64,000 nt of DNA, taken from assembly GCA_965368975.1 (NCBI GenBank), contig CBDUPA010000016.1, positions 32,001-96,000 on the forward strand. Direction: 5' to 3'. Origin of the DNA: an uncultured bacterium. GTDB taxonomy: Bacteria > Acidobacteriota > Thermoanaerobaculia > Multivoradales > JAHZIX01. Positions 1 through 12,045 of the stretch are shown one piece after another. The notes beneath the pieces are model-generated. The model did not search any database. It saw nothing but the letters and a program-made list of their open reading frames with translations, and was not told where the DNA came from. Positions within the stretch are counted from its first letter, which is position 1. Each line of letters starts with the position of its first letter. Made by a program: the position numbers and the translations under genes.

Positions 1-327
1 ACGGTCGCGGCGTGTTGGCTGTACTCCACTGCCCATGGAATCGTTGGCTCCCTTTGGCTCGGTGGTACGGGTGGAATCGGTGCTTGTCGGTGTCGTCGGC
101 TTCAAGATTGGGTCCCCTCCGTTCAGCGCCCATGGTAGCACCTCCGGCGCTGCTGCCGGAGGGGCACTGCACCATGTCGAGCCGCCACGGTGGGCGCGAC
201 CCAGGGGAAGGATTTGTGGTAGAGAATAGGCATCATGAAAGCGCAGCTGTTCCCCGATATCTTTGCCCTAGGCGCGGCAGCCGTGCCCCCGTCCAAGAGG
301 TGATGCAGATGCGAGCCACGGAGGTGA

Positions 328-3152
<2,825 letters not shown>

Positions 3153-3155
3153 GCT

Positions 3156-3731
3156 TCAGCCCTGCGTGCATTCGACCAGAGCCTCGACCACCCGCTCGGC
3201 TTGTTGCAAGTGACGCTGCTGGTGTAGCACCAGCATTTCCAAGGCGGCACCGACGCGCAGGCTCAGGAAACGGCTCTGCGGTGACGTCACCTCGACAGCA
3301 TTCAAGTCGAGACCGCGGGCGGTCTGCAGCAAGTCGAGCAGGGCCGACTGACCGTCGCAGAAGCGGTCGACGGAGGCGGCGTCGACGACGTCGTCGCCCG
3401 GCTGGAAGATACGGAAAGTCTTGATCCTGAATCCTTCGGGGCCAGCGGAGCGTACGAAGAGCTTGCCGAACCAGCCGGGATTGTAAACCGAGTCCGGGGC
3501 GGCTGCCGGTGCCTGAGCCAGTGCTTCGCGGATCCGTGGAACGTAGAGCCCGTCGGTGACGACGAGGTGCTCGAAGCACTGAGCGATACTCCAGGCCTTA
3601 CGGTCCGGTTGCCAAGTGCGCTGTGCCTGTGACAGGTTCTCGACGAGCAGTCGGGCTTGGTCGATGGTCGTGCGCGAGGTTGTGTCAATGGTGTCCAGAA
3701 GTTGATCGAAGGTGCGGGGAGTGCGGCTCAT
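3156..3731 (-). CDS. DinB/DinB_2 family protein
   Basis: WSIAQCFEHL and C-terminal HQQRHLQQA His pattern typical of the DinB four-helix fold. Confidence 0.8.
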   Translation of the reverse strand: MSRTPRTFDQLLDTIDTTSRTTIDQARLLVENLSQAQRTWQPDRKAWSIAQCFEHLVVTDGLYVPRIREALAQAPAAAPDSVYNPGWFGKLFVRSAGPEGFRIKTFRIFQPGDDVVDAASVDRFCDGQSALLDLLQTARGLDLNAVEVTSPQSRFLSLRVGAALEMLVLHQQRHLQQAERVVEALVECTQG

Positions 3732-3857
3732 GAGGCTCTCTTACGAATGCGGTGGTTGAAGTGGAGGGGTGGCCAAATGAGGTCCAAGTATAGAACTTTG
3801 GCCACATCTTTGTGTGGGATATCTAGTGCAGACTCTCTGGTGATGCTGGTGATGTGC

Positions 3858-3886
3858 TTGACAGCCACGATGGTGTCTGGTTCAAT
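3858..3886 (+). promoter_or_regulatory. Putative sigma70 promoter of the his operon
   Basis: Perfect TTGACA (3858-3863), 17-nt spacer, TGn-TTCAAT extended -10-like element (3881-3886), just upstream of the leader peptide SD. Confidence 0.5.
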
Positions 3887-3908
3887 GCGGCGCCTGAGGA
3901 CACCGACC

Positions 3909-4013
3909 ATGCGCACTTTGACCACCAACCCGCTCCGCCTCGACGCCGCTTTCGCGGCCCGCGGACGCGTTGCACGTGCGCACGCCCGGCATCACCATCA
4001 TCACCACGCGTGA
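3909..4013 (+). CDS. hisL: his operon leader peptide (34 aa, six consecutive His codons)
   Basis: MRTLTTNPLRLDAAFAARGRVARAHARHHHHHHA*; GAGGA SD 8 nt upstream; lies directly before hisZ. Confidence 0.88.
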   Translation: MRTLTTNPLRLDAAFAARGRVARAHARHHHHHHA

Positions 4014-4128
4014 TCCGGGCTCTCCACCCCGGACACCAGATTGTTCCGGGACGGCGGCCCTCGACCCTCACCTCATGACTCCCCGATAAAGCTTCGAAGC
4101 CAGCCTCCTCCCGGAACGGGATCGGAGG
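4014..4128 (+). promoter_or_regulatory. His attenuator RNA with alternative pairings, ending in an SD-sequestering hairpin
   Basis: TCCGGG(4014-19) pairs with CCCGGA(4028-33), which alternatively pairs with TCCGGG(4045-50). GTTCCGGGA(4043-51) pairs with TCCCGGAAC(4109-17). Hairpin 4104-4128 pairs CCTCC with the hisZ SD GGAGG. Confidence 0.65.
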
Positions 4129-4136
4129 AAATCCAC

Positions 4137-5234
4137 ATGCGCGTATCCGCAGCCTTGCCGACAGGTGTCGCAGCTCTGTTCTTCGACGCTGCCCGGCAGC
4201 GCAGACGCCTGGAAACCCGTCTCGTCGAGCGGTTGGAAGCCGAAGGTTTCGCCGAGGTCATGCTGCCGATCCTCGACTACCTCGAACCCTACGAGCCTCT
4301 GCTTTCCGGTGCCGCGCGCGGTGAGCTCTACCGTCTCTTCGATCGCGACGGTGAGCAGCTGGCCTTGCGCTCGGACTTCACGCCCATGCTGGCCCGCCTG
4401 CTGGCGCCGCGCCTGGACTCGCTGCCGCGGCCGCTCAAGCTGTTCTACAGCGGCGATGTCGTGCGCTATCACGACGATGGCTCGGGTCGTCAGCGTGAGG
4501 CGTACCAGATCGGTGCCGAGTTGCTCGGAGCCCCGGCTGCGATGGGAGACGGCGAGGGAGCGCCGGCAGGGGACGCCCCGGCGGAGGAAATGCTGCGCCT
4601 GTTCCTGAGTCTGCTCGACGCCTGTGGCATCGCGGACACGCGCGTCGTTCTCGGCTTCGCTGGCTGTCTCGATGGCCTGTTACTAGATGCCGTCGAGCTC
4701 GAGGATACGGGGCTCAAGGATACAGAACTCGAGGACGCCAAGCGCCGGGTGCACCTGCTGACGGAGGCTGTGCTGCGCCGCGAGCGGAGTGCGGCACGCG
4801 CGGCGTCACGGGCGCTGCTGCAGGTCGTGGTCGACGGTATCCCGGAGGACAGCGACAGCCTGGGGGCGCGGGCCGGCGCCGAGCTGCGACGTTTGCTCGA
4901 CCTGCGCGCGCGCCTGGCTCCAGACTTTCCCAACGTTGATCTGCGCATCGACCTGGCCGAGTTCGCCCGTCACCACCGCGATCCGCGCTGCCACAACGGG
5001 GGGCCGCGGCGCTCCTACTACGACGGCCTGATGTTCCGAGCCTATGGTGCCGGAGGCTCCAACCCGCTGGCCAGCGGCGGGCGCTACGATGGTCTGTTCC
5101 AGCAGCTCAACGTGCCGCTGCCGGCGGTCGGTTTCTCGCTCATGCTCGATCGCATCCTCGAGGGTGTGCCCGAGGGTGTCACCGACTGCGGTCGCGACGG
5201 CGCTAGCGAGACCGCCGCGGGAGGTACCGCATGA
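4137..5234 (+). CDS. hisZ: ATP phosphoribosyltransferase regulatory subunit
   Basis: HisRS-like motifs LRSDFTP, REAYQIGAEL, YYDGLMF, GGRYDGL; precedes a short-form hisG; start placed at ATG 4137 after GGAGG. Confidence 0.92.
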   Translation: MRVSAALPTGVAALFFDAARQRRRLETRLVERLEAEGFAEVMLPILDYLEPYEPLLSGAARGELYRLFDRDGEQLALRSDFTPMLARLLAPRLDSLPRPLKLFYSGDVVRYHDDGSGRQREAYQIGAELLGAPAAMGDGEGAPAGDAPAEEMLRLFLSLLDACGIADTRVVLGFAGCLDGLLLDAVELEDTGLKDTELEDAKRRVHLLTEAVLRRERSAARAASRALLQVVVDGIPEDSDSLGARAGAELRRLLDLRARLAPDFPNVDLRIDLAEFARHHRDPRCHNGGPRRSYYDGLMFRAYGAGGSNPLASGGRYDGLFQQLNVPLPAVGFSLMLDRILEGVPEGVTDCGRDGASETAAGGTA

Positions 5235-5857
5235 TCCGCCTGGCTCTGCCCAAAGGACGCAACTTGCAGGTCGCTCTGGCCGCCTTCTCGGCTGCCGGTC
5301 TCGACTTGGGGGCCGAGGATGTGGCGCGCAAGCTTCGCCTCGAAGTGCCCGAGCTGGATCTGGAAGTGCTGCTGCTCAAGGATCCCGACGTGCCGCTCTA
5401 CGTGCAGCACGGAGCCGCCGATTTCGGTGTCGTCGGCACGGACGTGTTGGAAGAAAAGGGCGGCCAGCTGTTGCTGCCGGTGCGCTTTCTCGAGGGCGGC
5501 TGCCGGCTGTCGTTGATCGGTCGTCGAGGGGCCCAACTGCCGCCGCCGGGTGAGCAGGTGCGGCTGGCCACGAAGTACCCCAACATCGCACGCCGGGTGG
5601 TCGACGAGATGGCCTGGAGCGCCGAGATTCTGCGCCTGTCGGGTTCAATCGAGCTGGCGCCGCTGCTCGACCTCGCCGAAGTGGCACTCGACATCGTGCA
5701 GACCGGTCGCACGATCCGTGAGAACCACCTGCAGGAACTGCGCGTGGTGCGCGATGTCGCGCCCTGCCTGGTGCTCAATCCCGCGGCGTTCCAGCGCTAC
5801 CGGCCGCAGTTCAATTCGTGGATCGAGGCCCTCGAGGGCACCGGCTTGGTGGCTTGA
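5231..5857 (+). CDS. hisG: ATP phosphoribosyltransferase, short form
   Basis: ALPKGR, DVPLYV, ATKYP, GSIELAP, DIVQTGRT; 208 aa with no C-terminal regulatory domain. Confidence 0.96.
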   Translation: MIRLALPKGRNLQVALAAFSAAGLDLGAEDVARKLRLEVPELDLEVLLLKDPDVPLYVQHGAADFGVVGTDVLEEKGGQLLLPVRFLEGGCRLSLIGRRGAQLPPPGEQVRLATKYPNIARRVVDEMAWSAEILRLSGSIELAPLLDLAEVALDIVQTGRTIRENHLQELRVVRDVAPCLVLNPAAFQRYRPQFNSWIEALEGTGLVA

Positions 5858-5914
5858 GGTGAGGCGGCCCTACCAGGATTTTCGCGCCAAGAGCGGCGCA
5901 CAAGGACCTATGTC

Positions 5915-7351
5915 ATGAGTACAGATTTCCAGAACACCCCGCAGCAGAGAACTCTGGACCTGAACCTGTTCCCCATCCTCGACGCCGACAGCGCGGAGGG
6001 CCATCAAGCCCTCGACCGTCTGCTCGGCCGCGGCAGCCTGGTGCTCGATGCCGGCTTGCGCAACCGGGCGGCGACGCTGGTCGACACCGTGCGCTCTGGT
6101 GGTGATCGAGCCCTGCTCGACGCCGTGGGTCGTTTCGACCTGCGGGATGTGGAGGACACCGCCGCTGGTGAGGCGCTGAGCTCGGCGGATCTGCGCCTGG
6201 CCCCGCTGCCCCAGGATCGGCCCAACGACGTGGGGGACGACGGCGGTTGGCACGGTCTGCCGGTCGGCTTCGCCGAGGCGCTCGACCGCGCCATCGAGGC
6301 GGTGCGCGCTTTCCACGAACGCCAACTGCACGACGGCTTCCGCATGCAGCGCGAGGGTGTCGAGCTGGTCGAGAACCGATGGCCGCTGCGCCGTGTTGGC
6401 GTCTACGTGCCGGGCGGGCGTGCCAGCTATCCCTCGACTGTCGTCATGACCGTGGTGCCGGCACAGCTGGCTGGCGTCGAAGAGATCGCCGTTGCCACGC
6501 CACCGTCCAGCTACCGCACCATGCCGGCGCTGCGCTACACGCTGGCGCGCCTGGGGGTACACGAGGTGTGGGGGATGGGGGGCGCCCACGCGGTGGCGGC
6601 GCTGGCCTACGGTACCGAGAGCGTGCGCCGGGTCGACAAGATCGTCGGCCCGGGTAACGCCTGGGTGACCGCCGCCAAGGCCCTGGTCATGCCCGATGTC
6701 GCGATCGACGGCCTGGCCGGTCCGACGGAAGTGGTGATCGTCGCCGAGGGCGGAGCGGACATCTCCGCCGCCTGGCTGGCCGCCGACCTGCTGGCACAGG
6801 CCGAGCACGACCCGGTCGCGGCACCGGTGCTGATCACCGACAGTCACCAGCTGGCCGAGGCAGTGCGCCTCGAGCTGGCAGGGCAGCTCGCCGAGCTGGC
6901 GACCGCCGAGACCGCGCGCGCGTCGCTGCGTCACTTCGGCACTGCGCTGGTGGTGCGGGATCTCGACACCCAGGCGCTCGACCTGGTCGAGCGCATCGCC
7001 CCCGAGCATCTGCAGTTGATCGGCCCGCGGCCTGAAGCTCTGGCCGAGCGCGTGCGCAACGCGGGCGCCGTGTTCGTCGGTGCCAGCACGCCCGAGGTCT
7101 TCGGTGACTACGTCGCGGGTCCGAGCCACGTGCTGCCCACCTGCGGTAGCGCGCGCTACGCCTCCGGCCTGGGCGTCGAGGACTTCGTGCGCCGCAGTCA
7201 CGTCGTGCGTTTCGATGCCGAGGCCGCCGCCCAATGGGCCGAGGCTGCCGCTATCCTGGCCGACGCCGAGGGCTTGCCGGCGCATGCCGCCGCCGCCCGC
7301 CGGAGGGCGGGCAAAGACGATACCCACGCCCGCCGGAGGGCGGAGTCATGA
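5915..7351 (+). CDS. hisD: Histidinol dehydrogenase
   Basis: YVPGG..YPST, GPGNAWVTAAK, AGPTEV, QAEHD, APEHL, GDYVAGPSHVLPT. Confidence 0.97.
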   Translation: MSTDFQNTPQQRTLDLNLFPILDADSAEGHQALDRLLGRGSLVLDAGLRNRAATLVDTVRSGGDRALLDAVGRFDLRDVEDTAAGEALSSADLRLAPLPQDRPNDVGDDGGWHGLPVGFAEALDRAIEAVRAFHERQLHDGFRMQREGVELVENRWPLRRVGVYVPGGRASYPSTVVMTVVPAQLAGVEEIAVATPPSSYRTMPALRYTLARLGVHEVWGMGGAHAVAALAYGTESVRRVDKIVGPGNAWVTAAKALVMPDVAIDGLAGPTEVVIVAEGGADISAAWLAADLLAQAEHDPVAAPVLITDSHQLAEAVRLELAGQLAELATAETARASLRHFGTALVVRDLDTQALDLVERIAPEHLQLIGPRPEALAERVRNAGAVFVGASTPEVFGDYVAGPSHVLPTCGSARYASGLGVEDFVRRSHVVRFDAEAAAQWAEAAAILADAEGLPAHAAAARRRAGKDDTHARRRAES

Positions 7352-8448
7352 GCTGGCAGATCGGCGACGATCCCAGCTCCTTGGTGCGCCCCGAGCTGCG
7401 CGAGCTGTCCCTCTACCACCTGGACCAGCAGCCCTATCGCTGGAAACTCGACCAGAATGAAGTTCCCTGGGACCTGCCGCGCCGGCTCAAGGAGCGCGTC
7501 GTCCGGCAGTTGGTCGAGCGCAGCTGGGCCACCTATCCGGACTTCCACGGCGACGAACTGCGGACCGCCCTGGGGCGGCGCTACGACTGGCCGACCGAAG
7601 GGGTGCTGGTGGGCAACGGCTCGAACGAGCTGCTGGGTCTGATACTGGAAGCCCTCGACACCTCCCGCGGCGGTGCGGCGGCGAACGGCGAGATCCTGAG
7701 CCTGCTGCCCGGCTTCAGCCTCTACCGCATGCTCACCCTGCGGGCGGGCAGAACCCCTCGATTCCTCGGGCCGGCAAGCGACCTCGGCTTGCCCCTGGCC
7801 GAGTTGCGAGCCGAGATCGAACGCGATCCGCACAGGCCGGTGATCCTGTGCAGTCCCAACAATCCCACCGGCTCCGCGGCGACCGTCGAGCAGGTCGACG
7901 CACTGCTGCAGCGGTTGCGGGCCCCGCTGCTGCTCGACAACGCCTACGGCGAGTTCTGCCGCCACGACTACCGCCCCTTGCTCGATCGGCATCCACACCT
8001 GATCTTGCTGCGAACCTTCTCCAAAGCCTGGTCCCTGGCCGGCATGCGCTTGGGGTATCTGCTCGCCGATCCGGGCCTGGTGCGGGAGCTGATCAAGGTC
8101 AAGCTGCCCTACAACCTGAGTCACGCCGGCGTGCTCGCCGCGCTCGCGGTGCTCGAGGAGCCTCGGCACGCCGAGCGCGCCGTGGACGCCATCCTACGTC
8201 GACGGGAGCAGTGGGCCGACTTACTGCGTGGTGCCGGGCTTCGGGTCTATCCGTCCGAGGCCAACTTCCTGCTCGTCGACTGTGGTCCTCGCGCGGCCAG
8301 CCTGCGCCAAGGCCTGGCCGAGCGGGGCATCCTGGTGCGCGACGTCAGCACCTATCACGGCCTCGCCGGCTGTCTGCGCTTCGCCATCGGCAGCGGCGGC
8401 GCCCTGCGAGCCACCCGCCGTGCTTTGGCGCAACTGGCATCAACCTGA
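7348..8448 (+). CDS. hisC: Histidinol-phosphate aminotransferase
   Basis: LDQNE, GNGSNE, CSPNNPTG, RTFSKAWSLAGMRLG (PLP lysine); start moved to ATG 7348, which overlaps the hisD stop. Confidence 0.95.
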   Translation: MSWQIGDDPSSLVRPELRELSLYHLDQQPYRWKLDQNEVPWDLPRRLKERVVRQLVERSWATYPDFHGDELRTALGRRYDWPTEGVLVGNGSNELLGLILEALDTSRGGAAANGEILSLLPGFSLYRMLTLRAGRTPRFLGPASDLGLPLAELRAEIERDPHRPVILCSPNNPTGSAATVEQVDALLQRLRAPLLLDNAYGEFCRHDYRPLLDRHPHLILLRTFSKAWSLAGMRLGYLLADPGLVRELIKVKLPYNLSHAGVLAALAVLEEPRHAERAVDAILRRREQWADLLRGAGLRVYPSEANFLLVDCGPRAASLRQGLAERGILVRDVSTYHGLAGCLRFAIGSGGALRATRRALAQLAST

Positions 8449-8466
8449 CCTTCAGGAGGAGATTTC

Positions 8467-9159
8467 ATGACTTCTGCAGCTTCCCCCGAAACCGCGTCCG
8501 TGGCCGCGGCCGCGTCCAACCGGCGCCGCGCGAGCTACGAGCGTACGACCGGCGAGACCGCCATCCGGCTGACGCTCGACCTCGATGGCCCCGGCGGCGA
8601 TGCCCGAGAAGCGGTCGGCAGACAGATCGACGTACCCGACGGCTTCTTTGCTCACATGCTCGACGCCCTCACCACGCACGGGGGTCTGGGTCTCGACCTG
8701 AGCGCGCAGGGTGACGTGGATATCGATCTGCACCACACCGTCGAGGACGTCGGCATCGCGCTCGGCGACGCGCTGCGCCAAGCCCTCGGCGACCACCGAG
8801 GCATCACGCGCTTCGCTCACGCCTATGCGCCGCTCGACGAAGCCTTGGCGCGCGCCGTTATCGACCTGTCGGGACGCGGCTTCTTCGCCTGGACCGTACC
8901 GCCCGAGCTGGAGCAGATCTGGGTCACCCGGGACTTCCCGCTCACCCTCGTCGCTGACTTCTTCCAGGCTTTTGCCGACCGCGGCCGTTTCACCCTGCAT
9001 CTGGAAGTGCTCGCCGCGCGCAACGGCCATCACGCCGCCGAAGCCGCCTTCAAGGCCGCCGCGCTGGCCCTGCGCCAGGCGCTGGCTCTGCGTCCGGAGT
9101 TGGCCCTGCGCGCGGGTGAAGCCGCGATCCCGTCCACCAAGGGTACCCTGTCGGCTTGA
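8467..9159 (+). CDS. hisB: Imidazoleglycerol-phosphate dehydratase (monofunctional)
   Basis: DLHHTVED, APLDEAL, NGHHAAEAAFKA, IPSTKG; AGGAGG SD. Confidence 0.96.
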   Translation: MTSAASPETASVAAAASNRRRASYERTTGETAIRLTLDLDGPGGDAREAVGRQIDVPDGFFAHMLDALTTHGGLGLDLSAQGDVDIDLHHTVEDVGIALGDALRQALGDHRGITRFAHAYAPLDEALARAVIDLSGRGFFAWTVPPELEQIWVTRDFPLTLVADFFQAFADRGRFTLHLEVLAARNGHHAAEAAFKAAALALRQALALRPELALRAGEAAIPSTKGTLSA

Positions 9160-9166
9160 GGAAACC

Positions 9167-9829
9167 ATGATGTCCAGTCCCTCTCGACGCAGAGTCACCG
9201 TCATCGACGCCGGCGTCGGCAACCTCGGCAACTTGGTGCGCGCGCTCGAACACCTCGGTGCGGAAGTGCGCGTCAGCGAAGATCCGTGGGAAGTGCGCGC
9301 CGCCCGCTGCCTGGTGCTGCCCGGCGTCGGTGCCTTCCGACCGCCGCGCGAAACCCTGACCAAGAAACGCCTCGAGAGCGCCCTGCGCGGGGCACTCGAC
9401 CGGGGCGCCTGGCTGCTCGGTGTGTGCGTGGGCTTCCAACTGCTGTTCGAGGCGAGCGAAGAGTTCGGCGTCACGGACGGTCTCGGCCTCCTGCCCGGTC
9501 GTATCGAGCGTCTCCCCAGCAACGTGCCGCTACCGCACATCGGTTGGAATCGCTTGCACGGCCTGGTGCAGCATCCCCTGCTCAACGGTGTGCATCCCGA
9601 CGATCTCGACGCCGATCCCTACGTCTACTTCGTGCACAGCTTTGCTCCTGCCGACGTGCCGGCGACCCTGACTCTCGCCAGTTGCACGCACGGCCGCGAG
9701 TTCCCGGCCGTTGCCGGCTACGGCCGCGTGCTGGGCACCCAATTCCACCCCGAGAAGAGCGGCCAGGTCGGCCTGCGCCTGCTCGCCAACTACCTGGAGA
9801 TGGCCCATGGAACTGCTGCCGGCGATTGA
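9167..9829 (+). CDS. hisH: Imidazole glycerol phosphate synthase, glutaminase subunit
   Basis: LPGVGAF, GVCVGFQ, PHIGWN, YFVHSF, QFHPEKS; start at ATG 9167 after GAGGA. Confidence 0.96.
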   Translation: MMSSPSRRRVTVIDAGVGNLGNLVRALEHLGAEVRVSEDPWEVRAARCLVLPGVGAFRPPRETLTKKRLESALRGALDRGAWLLGVCVGFQLLFEASEEFGVTDGLGLLPGRIERLPSNVPLPHIGWNRLHGLVQHPLLNGVHPDDLDADPYVYFVHSFAPADVPATLTLASCTHGREFPAVAGYGRVLGTQFHPEKSGQVGLRLLANYLEMAHGTAAGD

Positions 9830-10613
9830 CCTGCGCCACGGCGAAGTCGTCCGCCTGCGTCAGGGGGACGACGCCCGCCGCACCGTCTATAGTGCCGACC
9901 CTCGAGCGCAGCTCGAATCCTTCGCTGCCGCTGGCGTTCGCCGCGTCCACGTCGTCGACCTCGACGCCGCCTTTGGGGATGCGCCGCAGCGATCACTGCT
10001 CGAACGCTTGGTGCGCCACGCGCACGAACTGGGCATCGTGGTGCAGCTGGGTGGTGGCCTGCGGGATCGTGCCAGCGTCGAGTGGGCGTTCGAGCTCGGC
10101 GCGGTCCGAGGTGGAGTCGACCGGGGCGTCATCGGTTCCATGGTGGCGCGTGATCCCGACCTCTTCGCCACCCTGGTCACAGAGCACCCCGGCCGCATCG
10201 TCGCCGGCCTCGACTTCAAAGACGGCCAGCTGGCGATCAGCGGCTGGCGTGAGACCAGCGACGAGAGCTTCGACACCCTATGCGCTCGCCTGCGGGGCTT
10301 GCCCTGCGCCGCCGCGCTGGTGACCGACGTGCGCCGCGACGGCGAACTCGGCGGTCCGAATATCGAGTTGGCGCGTCGTGTGGCGCAGCAGACGGGCTTC
10401 CCGGCGCTCCTGTCGGGCGGTGTCCATGGCCTCGACGATCTGCGCCAGGCGCGTCGATGTCCCGAGATCGAGGGTGCCATCGTCGGGCGGGCGCTCTATG
10501 ACGGCAACTTCACGCTCGAAGAGGCGCTGCAGGCCTGTGCCGCAGAGACTCCAGAAACCACAGAGACTCCAGAATATGGAGAGAACCCACTGACCGGGGA
10601 GAGTGCCGCATGA
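9807..10613 (+). CDS. hisA: ProFAR isomerase
   Basis: LLPAIDL, HVVDLD, QLGGGLR, TDVRRDG, SGGV, IVGRALY. Confidence 0.95.
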   Translation: MELLPAIDLRHGEVVRLRQGDDARRTVYSADPRAQLESFAAAGVRRVHVVDLDAAFGDAPQRSLLERLVRHAHELGIVVQLGGGLRDRASVEWAFELGAVRGGVDRGVIGSMVARDPDLFATLVTEHPGRIVAGLDFKDGQLAISGWRETSDESFDTLCARLRGLPCAAALVTDVRRDGELGGPNIELARRVAQQTGFPALLSGGVHGLDDLRQARRCPEIEGAIVGRALYDGNFTLEEALQACAAETPETTETPEYGENPLTGESAA

Positions 10614-11422
10614 GCCGCAATGGAACCAGTTTCCTCACCCGTCGCATCATCCCGTGTCTCGACGTCAGAGATGGACGGGTCGTCAAGGGTGTGCGCTTCC
10701 AGAACCTGGTCGACCAGGGCGATCCCGCCGAGTGCGCCCTGCGCTACGATCAGCAAGGCGCCGACGAACTGGTCTTCCTTGATGTCAGCGCCGCCCCCGA
10801 GCGTCGCGGTACCGATCTCGAATGGGTACGGCGCACCGCCGAGCAGGTCTTCATTCCCCTCACCGTCGGTGGCGGCGTCCGCAGCCTCGACGATGCACGC
10901 GCCCTGCTGCGCGCCGGAGCCGACAAGGTTGGCATCAACACCGTCGCCGTCGCGCGTCCCGCACTGCTGTCGGAACTCGCCAGGCGCTTTGGCAGCCAGT
11001 GCGTCGTGCTCAGCATCGACGCCAAGCTCACCGAAGACAGCACGCCAGAGCAGCCAAAGTGGGATGTCGTCACCCACGGCGGCCGCAAGAGCACCGGCAT
11101 GGACGTCCTCGAGTGGATGCAGCGCGCCGTCGAGTTGGGAGCCGGCGAGATCTTGCTCACCAGCATCGACGCCGACGGCACCCGAGCAGGCTACGACCTG
11201 CCGCTCCTGCGCGCTGCCGCCGAAGCCGTCTCGGTCCCGGTGATTGCCTCCGGCGGCGCCGGCAATGTCGATCACCTGGCCCAGGCGCTGGAGACCGGGA
11301 CCTCTGCGGTCCTGGCGGCGTCCATCTTCCACCAAGGCCAACTCACCGTTGGCCAAGTCAAGGCCGCCCTCGCCGCCCGGGGCTATCCCATGCGCGCGGT
11401 ACCGGAAGCGGAGGCAGCATGA
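10610..11422 (+). CDS. hisF: Imidazole glycerol phosphate synthase, cyclase subunit
   Basis: [46 protein letters not shown]. Confidence 0.97.
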   Translation: MSRNGTSFLTRRIIPCLDVRDGRVVKGVRFQNLVDQGDPAECALRYDQQGADELVFLDVSAAPERRGTDLEWVRRTAEQVFIPLTVGGGVRSLDDARALLRAGADKVGINTVAVARPALLSELARRFGSQCVVLSIDAKLTEDSTPEQPKWDVVTHGGRKSTGMDVLEWMQRAVELGAGEILLTSIDADGTRAGYDLPLLRAAAEAVSVPVIASGGAGNVDHLAQALETGTSAVLAASIFHQGQLTVGQVKAALAARGYPMRAVPEAEAA

Positions 11423-12045
11423 AATCCGATCTCGATCCCAAGAGCCTGACCTACGACGACAAGGGGCTACTTCCCGTCGTCGTGCAAGACGTCACCAGCG
11501 GTGCCGTCTTGATGCTGGCCTACGCCAACCGGCAAGCCGTCGAGTTGACGCTCGAGACCGGCGAAGCCCACTTCTGGAGCCGCTCGCGCCAGCAGCTGTG
11601 GCGCAAAGGGGAGACGTCGGGCAATGTGCTGCACGTCGTCGAGATGACCACCGACTGTGACCGCGATGCTCTCCTCGTGCGCGCCCACCCCGCCGGTCCG
11701 ACCTGCCACAAGGGGACGCGCAGCTGCTTCGAGCCGAATGTGAGCTCGCTGGAACTGGGCTGGCTAGACGACGTGCTACGTCAACGCGCCGAGGCCGATC
11801 CGGAGCAAAGCTACACCGCGCGGCTGTTGCGAGAGGGGATTGCGCGGGTGGCGCAGAAGGTGGGAGAGGAAGGCGTCGAGACGGTGATTGCGGCGATGAA
11901 GGGGGAGGCGGGGAAAGAAGAGCTGGTCAACGAGGCCGCAGACTTGCTGTACCACTTGTTGGTATTGCTGCGTGCGTCGGGCGTCGAGGCGGGGGAGGTA
12001 GCGTCGCAGTTACGGCGGCGTCACGAGGGGCCGAAGAGGCACTGA
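11419..12045 (+). CDS. hisIE: Bifunctional PR-AMP cyclohydrolase / PR-ATP pyrophosphatase
   Basis: [48 protein letters not shown]; ATG 11419 overlaps the hisF stop. Confidence 0.96.
   Translation: MKSDLDPKSLTYDDKGLLPVVVQDVTSGAVLMLAYANRQAVELTLETGEAHFWSRSRQQLWRKGETSGNVLHVVEMTTDCDRDALLVRAHPAGPTCHKGTRSCFEPNVSSLELGWLDDVLRQRAEADPEQSYTARLLREGIARVAQKVGEEGVETVIAAMKGEAGKEELVNEAADLLYHLLVLLRASGVEAGEVASQLRRRHEGPKRH

Noticed and set aside
1-133. Possible minus-strand gene start running off the left edge (GGAGG before ATG 133 or TTG ~105)
   Set aside because: Too short to assign frame or product from this window
3657-3908. 118-aa ORF ending in His6
   Set aside because: Only the last 34 codons have an SD and leader logic; the upstream part overlaps the DinB gene and promoter
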